Counted from the first letter of the stretch, positions 1 to 9,900 are shown. The stretch is 64,000 nt of DNA from an uncultured Spirochaetales bacterium (GCA_964399285.1 CAYNQK010000002.1:512-64511); one strand, 5' to 3'. Notes: generated by a model from the sequence alone, not told the origin. Made by a program: numbers and translations.

Positions 1-585
1 CTCCGCTGGTTCCGGAAGACCGCGTCCAGCGAAATCCTCTTCTTCGGCCTCGCGCTCGCCTCCCTTTCCGTAGAAGGCCTCAGGCCCTTCCTCCTCCTCG
101 CCCGGGCGGCGCCCGGCGCGGTCATCATCCCCTCGATCCTCACCCGGGCGATACTCTCGGCGCGATGGGCGGGAACCTCCTTCCTCCTCGGGGCGAGCCT
201 GTACGCGGGCGGATTAGAGTACGGGAAGAGCGGGCAGGCCGCCCTCATCGCGGGCTTCCTCTCGATCGTCGTGGGCGGCACCCTGCCCCTCCACACGGGA
301 AGGGCGTACGAAACGTTCCTCGTGCAGTCCGGCCTCCGCGCGGCGACCGACGGCGCCATGGCGGCGATGAACGCCATGAGCGTCGTCGGGTACGTCATCG
401 CTTCGAAACGCCAGGGATCGAGGGATTACGCGTGGATGGCCGTCGGCATGGGATTGGGAATCGCGGGAAGGCTCGGGCTCCTGCACGCCGCCGATCCCGT
501 CGTCTGCGCCGCCTCCCTCGCTTCCCTGGGGGCCGGGGCATTCCTCTACCTCAGGAAGCAGTATAAACGGGCGATGTGGGGCTGA
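1..585 (+). CDS. Polytopic membrane protein, 5' end cut by the window edge
   Basis: My own translation shows frame 1 open from base 1 (LRWFRKTASSEILFFGLALASL...) to the stop at 583-585. The product is strongly hydrophobic and Ala/Gly/Leu-rich. I recognise no family. Confidence 0.45.
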   Translation, partial: LRWFRKTASSEILFFGLALASLSVEGLRPFLLLARAAPGAVIIPSILTRAILSARWAGTSFLLGASLYAGGLEYGKSGQAALIAGFLSIVVGGTLPLHTGRAYETFLVQSGLRAATDGAMAAMNAMSVVGYVIASKRQGSRDYAWMAVGMGLGIAGRLGLLHAADPVVCAASLASLGAGAFLYLRKQYKRAMWG

Positions 586-604
586 CGGCTACGCGGGGAC
601 CGCG

Positions 605-1240
605 TCAGGCGAAGAGGATCGTCGCGAAGGATCCGACCGATATCGGTATGAGGAGGTTGTCCAGGTCCTTCACGGGCAGCGCCTCGACGAGGGTGGCGAA
701 GGCGGCGACGGCGACCGAACGGCCGAACGAGCGGGTCAGGCCGAAGGTCGAGGAAAACACGGCGAGGAAACAGGCGAGGCTCCCTTCGACGCTTTTACCG
801 CCCGTGAGGGGGATGCGGACCGTGCCGAAGAGCTTGCCGACGAGGCTCGCGAGGCCGTCGCCGAAGGCCAGGGCGTAGATGGCGATGGCCGCGGCGGGAT
901 CCGGGTAGAAGCTGAGGGCGGCGAGGGCGCCGAGGCCCAGGGTGACGGGTCCGAGCACGAAACGCCCCTCGTCCCTGGTCCGCGATGCGAGGGCCGTGAC
1001 GCGCGATATCAGGATGACCTCGCGCCCGCTCAGGCGCAGGATCTCCGCGAAGGAATAAACCGCGATGCCGACGGCGAGCAAGGACATCGTGAAGGGATGG
1101 CTCAAGGTAGCGAGCGCGGGCGTAAGCCCGATGAGAAGATGGAGGGATTTCCGGATAATTTCCGTTCGAATTTCCCGTTGTCCGAGATCGACCGGCCGAA
1201 CCGCGGCTCGCGGGGCGCTTATCCTGCGTACATCGCTCAT
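605..1240 (-). CDS. CTP-dependent polyprenol/phytol/dolichol kinase-like membrane protein (phosphatidate cytidylyltransferase superfamily)
   Basis: 211-aa ORF with an ATG at 1240. It has multiple TM segments and motifs typical of the CTP_transf_1/dolichol-kinase group (KSLHLLIGL, FGDGLASLVGKLFG, GKSVEGSLACFL). Confidence 0.55.
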   Translation of the reverse strand: MSDVRRISAPRAAVRPVDLGQREIRTEIIRKSLHLLIGLTPALATLSHPFTMSLLAVGIAVYSFAEILRLSGREVILISRVTALASRTRDEGRFVLGPVTLGLGALAALSFYPDPAAAIAIYALAFGDGLASLVGKLFGTVRIPLTGGKSVEGSLACFLAVFSSTFGLTRSFGRSVAVAAFATLVEALPVKDLDNLLIPISVGSFATILFA

Positions 1241-1507
1241 AAAAACCTATTAGTCCCCTTATCGGATTCTTCTGGTATATGTATGCAGGAATAATGCCAA
1301 TATCGAAGCATCCGCTCCCCTGAGTATATTTCCATGGATTATAAGGACTTGTTTACAAGACGAAGAAAACGGGCCAAATACCGTTATTGAATCGTACGAA
1401 ATTCAATACAGGAAAAATCGAAAAAAGCTATGGCATCCCTTGATGACCGAGACAGAATCAAAGCCTATGTAGACATCGATTTTCTCGCTCCGGCCACAGT
1501 AGACGTA

Positions 1508-1579
1508 TGGGCGATATTGGATTTGAACCAATGACTTCTACCGTGTGAAGGTAGCACTCTCCCGCTGAGTTAATCGCCC
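1508..1579 (-). tRNA. tRNA-Val (anticodon CAC)
   Basis: Hand-folded 72-nt cloverleaf on the minus strand. Acceptor GGGCGAT/ATCGCCC, D stem ACTC/GAGT, anticodon stem CTACC/GGTAG with loop TTCACAC, T arm ATTGG-TTCAAAT-CCAAT, discriminator A. No CCA is encoded. Confidence 0.88.
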
Positions 1580-1648
1580 GGGAACCCGTCAGGCCCATAA
1601 AGTAAACCGTGACGGGGCATGAGGTCAAGGATCGTCCGGAACGCGTGC

Positions 1649-4600
1649 CTACATCCCGCCGTAATAGAGCATCGCGTTCACGGCGGCCTGTTCGTCGGTG
1701 TCGACGATGTCGCGGGGGATCCCCGGATAGATCTGGGGAACGAAGGACCGGGAGGGATGGAGGACGCCGTCCAGGTTGAGGTAGGCGAGGTTGGCCTGCT
1801 TGGCCCGGATCATGGTCTCCTGGTCGCGGTTCATCACGTCGAAGAGGCGCGCGGACTCCGAGAGCTCGGCCATGGCCCTGGAGCGGCGCGAGGCGTCGCC
1901 GAGCCGCGAGGAGAGCCGGTACAGGGAAACGCCGAGGTTGTTCCGGGCGGTCATGAGGAGGAGCACCACGCGGCGCTGCTGGGGCCGGTCCTGGGGATCC
2001 TCGAAGACGAAGCGATCGATCTCGTCCTGCATGCGGCGGGAAACCCGCTCGTAGTAGCCCGCGGAGGCGGCGAAGTCCTCGCGGCGGAACAGGGCGTTGG
2101 CCATGGCGTAGAGGAGATTGTCCTCCTCACGCGCTCCCAAGGACGCGGAATAGAAGTGCTCGAGGGCGGTCGCGAAGTCGCCGCGCCGGTAATCGATGTA
2201 TCCGCGGCGGTAGTCCGTGTCCCTGGAGGAGTAGCCGTTCCGCTCGGCCTTGTCGTAGAGCCCGTAGGCCCGCGACAGGTCCTCCTTGTCGTAGTAGTGG
2301 ATATCCGCGAGTCCCGCGTAGATCGCCCCGAAACGGGCCTCGGGCCTCACGAAGCGCTTGTCGAGGGCGTCCTCGTAGGCCTCGATGGCCTTCACGTAGA
2401 AGTCCGACGCCTTGGCGAAGCTGTCCTCGTCGCTGAACCGCGTCTCGCGCCAGTTCTCGAAATGCCAGCGCCCGGCCCAGTGGAGGGCGTCTATGCGCTC
2501 AGCCGCGCGCCGCTTGGTGAGGGCGGGCAGCGCGTCGTAGGAGGCGATGGCCTTCATGATCGCCTTGCGCTCCTCCTCCCTCACCCCGGTGGCGCGGAAG
2601 AAGCGCGCCAGCTGGTAATGCGTCTCGGGCAGGGCCGGATCGCGCGAGGCTCCCGCCATGAGGAGGGGCTGGACCCCGTCGAGGAGCTCGCGGTCTATGA
2701 GGTAGCCGCCGAGCTCGGCGTAGACGAGGGCGTCCACCTTGGCCTTCTTCTCGGCGAGGAGGTACTCCTTGATGGGCAGGATTTCCTTCAGCTTGTCGGC
2801 GCGGATGAAGTAACGGGCCATGCGGCCCATGTAGGCGTCCTTCCGCCCCTTCATCCGCACGAGCGAGGCGTAGGCCTTGCGCGCCGACTCGAGCCGGGCG
2901 TCGCGATCGGCGCCCGCGGGGAGGTCGTCGGCCCAGGCGAGGTAGTTGTCGCCCGAGAGGAGGATCGCGTCCGCGTCCTTGGGGCTCCAGTCGAGGATCG
3001 TGCGCTTGAGCACGGCCTCCGCCTTGGAGTAGTCCAGGAGGACCTCGGACTCCATTCGCGCGTATTCCATCGCGGCGCGCTTGTCCCGCGGATAACGGGA
3101 GAGGATCTCCTCGTACTTCTTCTCGGCGAGGAAGAACTGCTTCCTCGAAGCGTAGGCGTTCGCGTAGCGGAAGTGCCAGCCCTTTGAGCCCTGCACGCCG
3201 TAGGCCTTGTCGAAGAGGCGCTCGGAAAGGACGTAGTCCTCGTCGACGACGGCGCGGAAGCCCTCGCGGTAGATCCCTTCGGCGCGGATCGGCTTGTACA
3301 CGAAGCGGTATCCCAGGAAGCCGAGGCCGGCGAGGCCGATGATGGCGGCGGCCGCGGCCCCGAGGAGGGGCAGGATGTTCTTGCGGAAGGCGTACCAGAA
3401 GCTCCCGCGCTCCGCCTCCAGCTCCTCGCCGGTGCGGCGCTCGAAGCCCTTGGGCACGGCGATCCGCTTCCCGAGCATGCGGCCGAGCTCCTCGGCGACC
3501 CTGCGCGCGGACTCCCCGTCCACGAGGAGCTTGACGAGGGCGGCGGCCTGCTGGTCGTCCAGGGTCTCCGACGCGAAGCCCTTCTCGATCTCGAGGCGGA
3601 GATTGAGGGGATACGAGAGGAGGCTGTCCTGGAGCTTGTCGAGCTGCCGCTCGGTGAGCGCGACGCCGCCGCCGCCCTCCTCCTCGGGCTCCTCGGTTTT
3701 TTCAGCCGCGCGCTTCCGCTCCTTGCCGCGGGGGGGCTCGGGCGTGAATTCGAATTCGGCGGCCGGGGGCGGGACTGGATGCTCCTCCTCGCCCGGCATG
3801 CTCTCCTCGAAGGAGGACTCGCGCGGCGGGGGCAGGTCCTCGTCGGGGATCCGGAAACCTCCGAAGGGCTCGGAGGACGCGCCCGGCGCCTCCTCCTCTT
3901 CCCCTCCGCCCGAAAGCCTCCCGCCGCGGTCCTCGCCGCCCAGATCGAAGCCGCCCTCGTCCATGGGCGGAGGCGCGAAGCGCTCGCCGCCCCGCTCCTC
4001 GGGCAATTCGGCGGCCGTACCGCCCTCGGCGGCCGCGGATGCGCCTTCTTCGAAACCGACGGCGGATTCGCCTTCAGCGGCCATATCGGCGAAGGCGTCC
4101 TCGAAGGAGGGCATCTCCTCCTCGCGGGCAGGGGCCGCTTCCTCGGGCTCCTCGGCGGACTCGAAGCTCTCGAATCCCGCATCCTCGGAGATCGTGCCGA
4201 GCGGGGCTTCCGGTTCGGACTCGGCCTCGACCGGAGGCTCGACTTCCCGTTCCGCGCCCCCCGAAGGCTCCTCGCCGAAGTCGGGCAGCGAAATATCCTC
4301 GAATCCCGAGGACGAGGCGTCCTCGCCGCCGCCGGATCGGGGGGCCTGCGCTTCACCCGCTCCCGCCCCCAGGACGAGATCGGCGAGCGCCGAGTAATCA
4401 TCATCGCCGCCGAGCGCGGCCGGTTCCTCCGCCTCGCCCGGCGCGGACTCCGGCTCGTTCATCATGGAGGCGGCGAAATCCCCGAGGTCGAATCCTGAGG
4501 ATTCCTCCTGCGCGGACTCAAGAGCCTCGGTTTCCTCCGCGATCGCCTCTTCGGGTTCCTCGACGGCCTCGACCTCCTCGGGCGGCAGGAGGTCCTTGAG

Positions 4601-4954
4601 GAGGTCATCGGAGAATCCCGCGTCGCGGGTAAAATCGCCCGCGGCACCGAACGCGTCCGGAGGCGCGGCGGGCTCTGATCCCGCGGGTTCAGGCTCGGGT
4701 TCGACGAGTTCGGCGGGTTCCTCCTCGGGAGGGGCGTCGAGGTCGATCCCGGCGAGGAGGGACGAAAAATCGGGGACCTCGGCGAAGCCGCCGCGAGACG
4801 CGGCGCCGGCCTCCGCCCCGGGGGGAAGCGGCTTCACGGGAGGAGGCGGCGGAAGATCGACGTAGGGCTCGCCCTTCTCATCGAGGACTGAGTCCTCTTT
4901 CGCGAGGGCGCGGATGATTTTCTTGAGCCGCCCGATTTCCCGAGGATCCGGCAT
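1649..4954 (-). CDS. Large TPR-repeat protein with an N-terminal acidic Glu/Pro/Ala-rich disordered region and one TM segment
   Basis: 1101-aa ORF with an ATG at 4954. Residues up to about 520 are low-complexity and acidic. A hydrophobic helix follows (ILPLLGAAAAAIIGLAGLGFLGY). The C-terminal ~550 aa carry Tyr/Ala-rich TPR-like helical repeats. Confidence 0.7.
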   Translation of the reverse strand: MPDPREIGRLKKIIRALAKEDSVLDEKGEPYVDLPPPPPVKPLPPGAEAGAASRGGFAEVPDFSSLLAGIDLDAPPEEEPAELVEPEPEPAGSEPAAPPDAFGAAGDFTRDAGFSDDLLKDLLPPEEVEAVEEPEEAIAEETEALESAQEESSGFDLGDFAASMMNEPESAPGEAEEPAALGGDDDYSALADLVLGAGAGEAQAPRSGGGEDASSSGFEDISLPDFGEEPSGGAEREVEPPVEAESEPEAPLGTISEDAGFESFESAEEPEEAAPAREEEMPSFEDAFADMAAEGESAVGFEEGASAAAEGGTAAELPEERGGERFAPPPMDEGGFDLGGEDRGGRLSGGGEEEEAPGASSEPFGGFRIPDEDLPPPRESSFEESMPGEEEHPVPPPAAEFEFTPEPPRGKERKRAAEKTEEPEEEGGGGVALTERQLDKLQDSLLSYPLNLRLEIEKGFASETLDDQQAAALVKLLVDGESARRVAEELGRMLGKRIAVPKGFERRTGEELEAERGSFWYAFRKNILPLLGAAAAAIIGLAGLGFLGYRFVYKPIRAEGIYREGFRAVVDEDYVLSERLFDKAYGVQGSKGWHFRYANAYASRKQFFLAEKKYEEILSRYPRDKRAAMEYARMESEVLLDYSKAEAVLKRTILDWSPKDADAILLSGDNYLAWADDLPAGADRDARLESARKAYASLVRMKGRKDAYMGRMARYFIRADKLKEILPIKEYLLAEKKAKVDALVYAELGGYLIDRELLDGVQPLLMAGASRDPALPETHYQLARFFRATGVREEERKAIMKAIASYDALPALTKRRAAERIDALHWAGRWHFENWRETRFSDEDSFAKASDFYVKAIEAYEDALDKRFVRPEARFGAIYAGLADIHYYDKEDLSRAYGLYDKAERNGYSSRDTDYRRGYIDYRRGDFATALEHFYSASLGAREEDNLLYAMANALFRREDFAASAGYYERVSRRMQDEIDRFVFEDPQDRPQQRRVVLLLMTARNNLGVSLYRLSSRLGDASRRSRAMAELSESARLFDVMNRDQETMIRAKQANLAYLNLDGVLHPSRSFVPQIYPGIPRDIVDTDEQAAVNAMLYYGGM

Positions 4955-5039
4955 ATGGCTATATTAACGGATATTCCGGGGCTTTGTTAACCGAAGAAAC
5001 CGCGAACATGAGGGCTCAAGCGACGACCGCGGCGGGCCG

Positions 5040-5768
5040 ATGATGGAAAGGGCCATGGAATCTCGTTCACTGCGGCGGATAACCATACCGACTCTCCTCG
5101 TCTGCCTCGCCTGGGCATCGCCCCGCGCTGTCGCGGCCGAATCCCTGGACGAATCCCTCCATATCGCCGTCTCGTCCATCCAGAAGGCCGCCGGCCCCGT
5201 CGTCCTGCACGACGCGGCGATCTTCACCTCGGGTTTCAGGGCCAGGTCCGTGGGCGTCGCTTTCCAGCACGAGGACTTCAGGATCGTCCACCCCATGGAG
5301 ATCAACCGCTACGGGATCTTCTTCCTGGTGTACGCGCTTCCCGCCGGCGTCTCCGAGCCGCTCCGCTACCGGTTCGTCGTGGACGGCGCCTGGATCCGCG
5401 ATCCCCTGAACGATGAGACGGCCCGCGATCCCGATACCGGAGCGGCGCTTTCCGTCCTCCGCTTCGACCGCCTGAGCGAGGACGCGCCCGGATCTTACCG
5501 GATCCTCGAGGGCAGGACCGCCACTTTCACGTACAGGGCCGCCGCCGGCGACAGGGTCTACCTCTCGGGTTCGTTCAACGATTGGGACCCCTTCATGTAT
5601 CCGATGCCTGAAGTCGAACCGGGCCTCTTCAGGCTCAGCGTCGACCTGCCCCCCGGCGTCCAGCGCTACGTCTTCGTCGTCGGCGGGGAGCTTCTCCCGG
5701 ATCCGCTCAACGCGGCGAGCGCCTACTCCCGCGACGGCCTCAGGGTATCCGTCCTCACCGTGCCCTGA
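5040..5768 (+). CDS. Secreted protein with a CBM48/AMPK-beta glycogen-binding-like (E-set) domain
   Basis: 242-aa ORF with an N-terminal signal-like segment (ITIPTLLVCLAWASPRAVAA). The stretch YLSGSFNDWDP...LFRLSVDLPPGVQRYVFVVGGELLPDPLN is typical of CBM48 domains. Confidence 0.6.
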   Translation: MMERAMESRSLRRITIPTLLVCLAWASPRAVAAESLDESLHIAVSSIQKAAGPVVLHDAAIFTSGFRARSVGVAFQHEDFRIVHPMEINRYGIFFLVYALPAGVSEPLRYRFVVDGAWIRDPLNDETARDPDTGAALSVLRFDRLSEDAPGSYRILEGRTATFTYRAAAGDRVYLSGSFNDWDPFMYPMPEVEPGLFRLSVDLPPGVQRYVFVVGGELLPDPLNAASAYSRDGLRVSVLTVP

Positions 5769-5772
5769 CGGC

Positions 5773-6777
5773 CTACGCTCCCGTGGCCGCCGCGAGGAAG
5801 GAGGGATCGTCGGTCCTGGGCGACTTGGGACGGTTCACGGGATGCCTCGGAGTCGCTCCCTTGATGGCGTCGGCGGCGTTGAGCGCCACCGATCGCTTGA
5901 GGTCGACCACCGATTCCGCGCTGTAGTACGCGCTGTGGTCGGTGAGCACGACGTTGTCCATCCCGAAGAGGGGGCTGTCCTCGGGCGGTTCCCGCTCGAA
6001 GACGTCCAGGCCCGCTGCGGAGAGTTTCCCGGAGCGGAGCGCGTCCACGAGCGCCGCTTCGTCTATGACTCCGCCGCGCGCCGTGTTTACCACCACCGCT
6101 CCGTCCTTCATGCGCGCGATGGCCTCGCGGTTCAGCATTTTCCTCGTCTCGTCCTTCAAGGGAACGTGGAATGAGATCACGTCGGCGATCGAGAGGGCCT
6201 CATCCCAGGACGCCTCCCTGAGGCCGCGCGGCGGCCTCGCGGGCAGCTTCTGCTCCGCGCGCGGATCCACGATGAGCACCTCGCGGAATCCCATGCCCAT
6301 GGCCCTGGCCTGGAGGGCCGACCCCGAGGAGCCGTAGCCCACGATGGCGAGCCTGAGCCCGGCGATGCGCCGGGCCGGGGCGCGCACGTTCCATTTGCCG
6401 GCTTTAACGGCGGCGTCGGTCATGGGGATGCGCCTCAGGCAGGAGATGATGAGGCCGAGCGCGTGCTCGGCCACCTCGTCCGCGCAGTAGCCGGGAACGT
6501 TCGCCACCCAGATCCCGCGCGCCGCGGCGGCGTCGCGGTCCACGTTGTCGTAGCCGATCCCGTAGCGGGAGATCACGAGGCAGCGGTCCATCGCCTCGAT
6601 CACCGAGGCGTCCACGCGGGCCTGGTTGCAGAGCACGGCCGCGCAGCCGCGCACGAGTTCCGCGAGAGCCGCGGGGTCGTGCGCGGGCGCCACGACGATC
6701 TCGGCGCCGAGGGGGGAGAGCACGGCGGACTCCTCTTCATGGCCGCCGAACCTGTCGTCAGTGATCAAGACCCGCAC
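5773..6777 (-). CDS. D-isomer-specific 2-hydroxyacid dehydrogenase (phosphoglycerate dehydrogenase-like)
   Basis: 334-aa ORF. GTG start at 6777 with GGAGG 8 nt upstream. NAD-binding IVGYGSSGS motif and catalytic-domain stretches (NTARGGVIDEAAL, LDVFEREP). Confidence 0.85.
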   Translation of the reverse strand: MRVLITDDRFGGHEEESAVLSPLGAEIVVAPAHDPAALAELVRGCAAVLCNQARVDASVIEAMDRCLVISRYGIGYDNVDRDAAAARGIWVANVPGYCADEVAEHALGLIISCLRRIPMTDAAVKAGKWNVRAPARRIAGLRLAIVGYGSSGSALQARAMGMGFREVLIVDPRAEQKLPARPPRGLREASWDEALSIADVISFHVPLKDETRKMLNREAIARMKDGAVVVNTARGGVIDEAALVDALRSGKLSAAGLDVFEREPPEDSPLFGMDNVVLTDHSAYYSAESVVDLKRSVALNAADAIKGATPRHPVNRPKSPRTDDPSFLAAATGA

Positions 6778-6901
6778 CAGGCGATCCTCCGCTCGCGGCC
6801 CGCCGATCGGGCGCGCATGTCGATTATCGGCAGACGGCGGCCCGCGGGAAAGCCCGTATCGCCCGTCGTGAGCCGGCTGCGCCGCCGCCTATCGGGTCCC
6901 G

Positions 6902-6935
6902 TTGCCGCGAAAAGGGCTTTTCGCTACTATGGGTC
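6902..6935 (+). promoter_or_regulatory. Candidate purL promoter (TTGCCG-17-TACTAT) with a perfect inverted repeat in the spacer; the transcript may be leaderless
   Basis: TTGCCG lies at 6902-6907 and TACTAT at 6925-6930. Only GGGTC separates the -10 box from the ATG at 6936, and there is no SD. The 17-nt spacer holds the perfect inverted repeat GCGAAAAG-GG-CTTTTCGC (6907-6924). Confidence 0.4.
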
Positions 6936-9900
6936 ATGCGGATCGAGATATTCTATAAACCGGGCGTGCCCGACGGGCGCGGCGGCGGCATCGCGGGGGC
7001 CCTTCCCGAGGGGTTGAGAGGCCACATATCCCGCGTCGCGGTCGCGGACGTCATCATCACCGACGCGCGGGCGGAGAGCTCCGTCCTCCGTTCGCTCTTC
7101 GTCGATCCCGTGGTCCAGGACTGCGCGATCGACGAGCCCTTCGCGTCCCGCCCCGAGTGGAGCGGATTCGCCCTCCTCGCCGAAGTGGCCTTCAAGCCCG
7201 GCGTCACGGATACCCTCGCCATAACCGCCCGGGAGGCCATCAGCCACGAGCTCGGCGAGGAAGCCGTGAAGGGCCGGACCGTCCAGACCGCCAAGCAGGT
7301 CCTCTTCTGGATGGATCGGGCTCCCTCGGGCGAGGACATCGACGCCATACTCGCCTCGCTCCATAATCCCCTCATCCAACGCGCCCTGGCCATCGGCTCG
7401 GCGGGATGGGCGGCGGGAGAACGCCCCCTCGCCTCGTATCCGGCCGTGCACGCCGAGGCGCAAGCGGCCTGCGAGACCTTCGACCTCGCGGCGATGGACG
7501 ATTCCGCGCTCGAAGGCCTCTCGCGCGATCGGCTCCTCGCCCTCTCCCTTCCCGAGATGCGCGCGATAAAGGCCCACTTCTCGGATCCCCGGACCGCTGA
7601 GGCTCGCAAAGCGCGCGGGCTCCCGGCGGAGGCCACCGACGTCGAGCTCGAGATGATCGCGCAGACCTGGAGCGAGCACTGCAAGCACAAGCTGTTCAAC
7701 GCCCGAATCATATACCGCGAGGGCGACCGCGAGGAGACGATCGACTCCATCTTCAAGACCTACATCCGCTCCGTCACCGAGGAACTCGCTCCCCGCAAGC
7801 CCTTCCTCCGCTCCGTGTTCACGGACAACGCCGGCGTCATCGCCTTCGACGAGGAGACCCTCGTCTGCATCAAGGCCGAGACGCACAACTCCCCATCCGC
7901 CCTCGATCCCTACGGCGGCGCCATCACCGGCATCGTGGGCGTGAACCGCGACATCCTGGGCACGGGGATCGGGGCCAAGCCCATCTTCAACACGAACGTC
8001 CTCTGCTTCGGGCGACCGCGCGAAAACCGCGAAGCGGTCCCTAAGGGCGTCCTCCATCCCCGCGAGGTGATGCGCGGCGTCCACAAGGGGATCATCGACG
8101 GCGGCAACCAGTCGGGCATCCCCACGGCGGCGGGCGCCTTCCTCTTCGACGAGTCCTTCACCGGGAAGCCCCTCGTCTTCTGCGGGACGGGCGGCATCCT
8201 CCCCGCGAAGGTGAACGGCGAGGACGGCTGGAAAAAGCGCATCAGGCCAGGAGACCTCGCCATCATGCTCGGCGGCAGGATCGGAAAGGACGGTATCCAC
8301 GGCGCGACCTTCTCGAGCCTCGAACTCTCCGAGTCCAGCCCCGTCACCGCGGTGCAGATCGGCGACCCCATCATCCAGAAGAAAATGACGGACTTCCTCC
8401 TCGAGGCCCGCGACGCGGGCCTCTACGAGGGCATTACGGACAACGGCGCGGGCGGCCTCTCGTCCTCGCTCGGCGAGATGTCCGAGACATCGGGCGGCGT
8501 CCGCATCGACCTGGACTCCTGCCCCCTCAAGTATCCCGGCCTCGCCCCCTGGGAGATCCTCGTCTCCGAATCGCAGGAGCGCATGAGCCTCGCGGTCGCT
8601 CCGGAGAAGCTCGACGCCTTCATGGCGCTCGCACGCAAGCGCGATGTGGAGGCGACCGTCGTGGGGACCTTCACCGGCGACGGAGTCATAGACATCCGCG
8701 CGGGTGGAAAGGCCGTCGGCCTCCTCCCCCTCGAGTTCCTCCATCGCGGCCTGCCACGCATCGAGCTCGAAGCTCGATGGATCCCGCCCGAGGAGCGGGC
8801 GTCGGGCGCGGAGCTCGCCTCCGTCGCCGACAGGAAGGCCGTCTTCCTCGGCATCCTCGCCGATCCGAACGTCGCATCCAAGGAAGCCCTCGTCAGGCAG
8901 TACGACCACGAGGTACAGGCCCTCACCGTGGGCAAGCCCTTCGCCGGCGAACACTACGACGCGCCCGCGGACGGGGCCGTGATCAAGCCGCGCTATTCCT
9001 CATGGAAAGGCCTCACCGTGACCCACGGCATCTGCCCGCGCTTCGGCGATTGGGACACGGAACGGATGGCCCGTTGCGCGGTCGACGAGGCCTTCCGCTC
9101 GCACGTGGCGATGGGCGGCGACCCCGAGCAAGCCTCAGCGCTGGACAACTCCTGCTGGACCGATCCCGTCGCGTCGCCCTCGAATCCGGACGGCCCCTAC
9201 AAGGCGGCCCAGCTCGTGCGCGCCTGCCGCGGCCTCAAGAACGCCTGCCTCGCCTACGGCCTCCCCCTCATCTCGGGGAAGGATTCCATGAAAAACGACT
9301 CCACGCTGGGGGGGAGGCGCGTCTCCGTGCGCCCCACCCTCCTCGTGACCCTCATGGGAATCATCGGCGATGTCAGAAAGAGCCTCTCGAGCGACTTCAA
9401 GGCGCCGGGAGAACTCATCTACCTCCTCGGCTCCACGAACGGCGAGATGGGCGGGAGCGCCTATGAGCGATTCCTCCTCGACGCCGCGCGCGATCCCTCG
9501 GCCCCGACGGGCGGCTCCGTCTACGGGCCCTCCGCCCTCGGCGAATGCCCCGACGTGGATCTCGAGGCCTCCATGGCCCTCTACCGGAAATTCCACGCGG
9601 CCGCGGGAGGCCGCCTCGTGCGCTCCGCCCACGACCTCTCCGAGGGCGGGCTCGCCACGGCCGTATTCGAGTCCTGCCTCGGCGGCCGCACGGGAGCCCG
9701 TATCGACGTCGGCGCCCTGCCCGGCGACTACGAATCGAAGCGCAATCCCGCGGACGCCGTCGACCGGGCGCTCTTCTCCGAAAGCCCCGGCCGCCTCCTC
9801 GTCTCCGTTCGGCCGGAGGACCGCGAGCGATTCGAGACCACCATGGCGGGGCATCCCTGCAAGCGCATCGGGGAGACGACCGCCGAACCCGTCATAGCGT

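Noticed and set aside
1297-1305. The 9-nt string CCAATATCG matches the 3' acceptor/T-arm end of tRNA-Val, raising the possibility of an att-site duplication from an integrated element.
   Set aside because: The match is in inverted rather than direct orientation. It is only 9 nt long, which is roughly chance level for a 64-kb window. No integrase or other mobile-element gene is nearby.
1619-4404. Long ORFs overlapping the TPR gene on both strands (1619-3187 +, 522 aa; 2851-4404 -, 517 aa; 3294-4397 +, 367 aa).
   Set aside because: Their products are Arg/Pro/Gly/Ser-rich and low in complexity. They are shadows of a real gene in high-GC DNA, where stop codons are rare out of frame. They have no domain features, whereas the 1101-aa frame shows clear TPR periodicity.
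6778-6901. I searched the dehydrogenase/purL divergent region for a purine or ZTP (pfl) riboswitch.
   Set aside because: I could not recognise the conserved cores of either motif. The predicted purL promoter also leaves no leader in which a riboswitch could act.
6927-8954. 675-aa ORF antisense to purL, plus several 150-270-aa ORFs in the same region.
   Set aside because: The purL frame is unambiguous from conserved motifs. The antisense product is Gly/Asp/Arg/Glu-rich with no recognisable fold, which is typical high-GC antisense noise.
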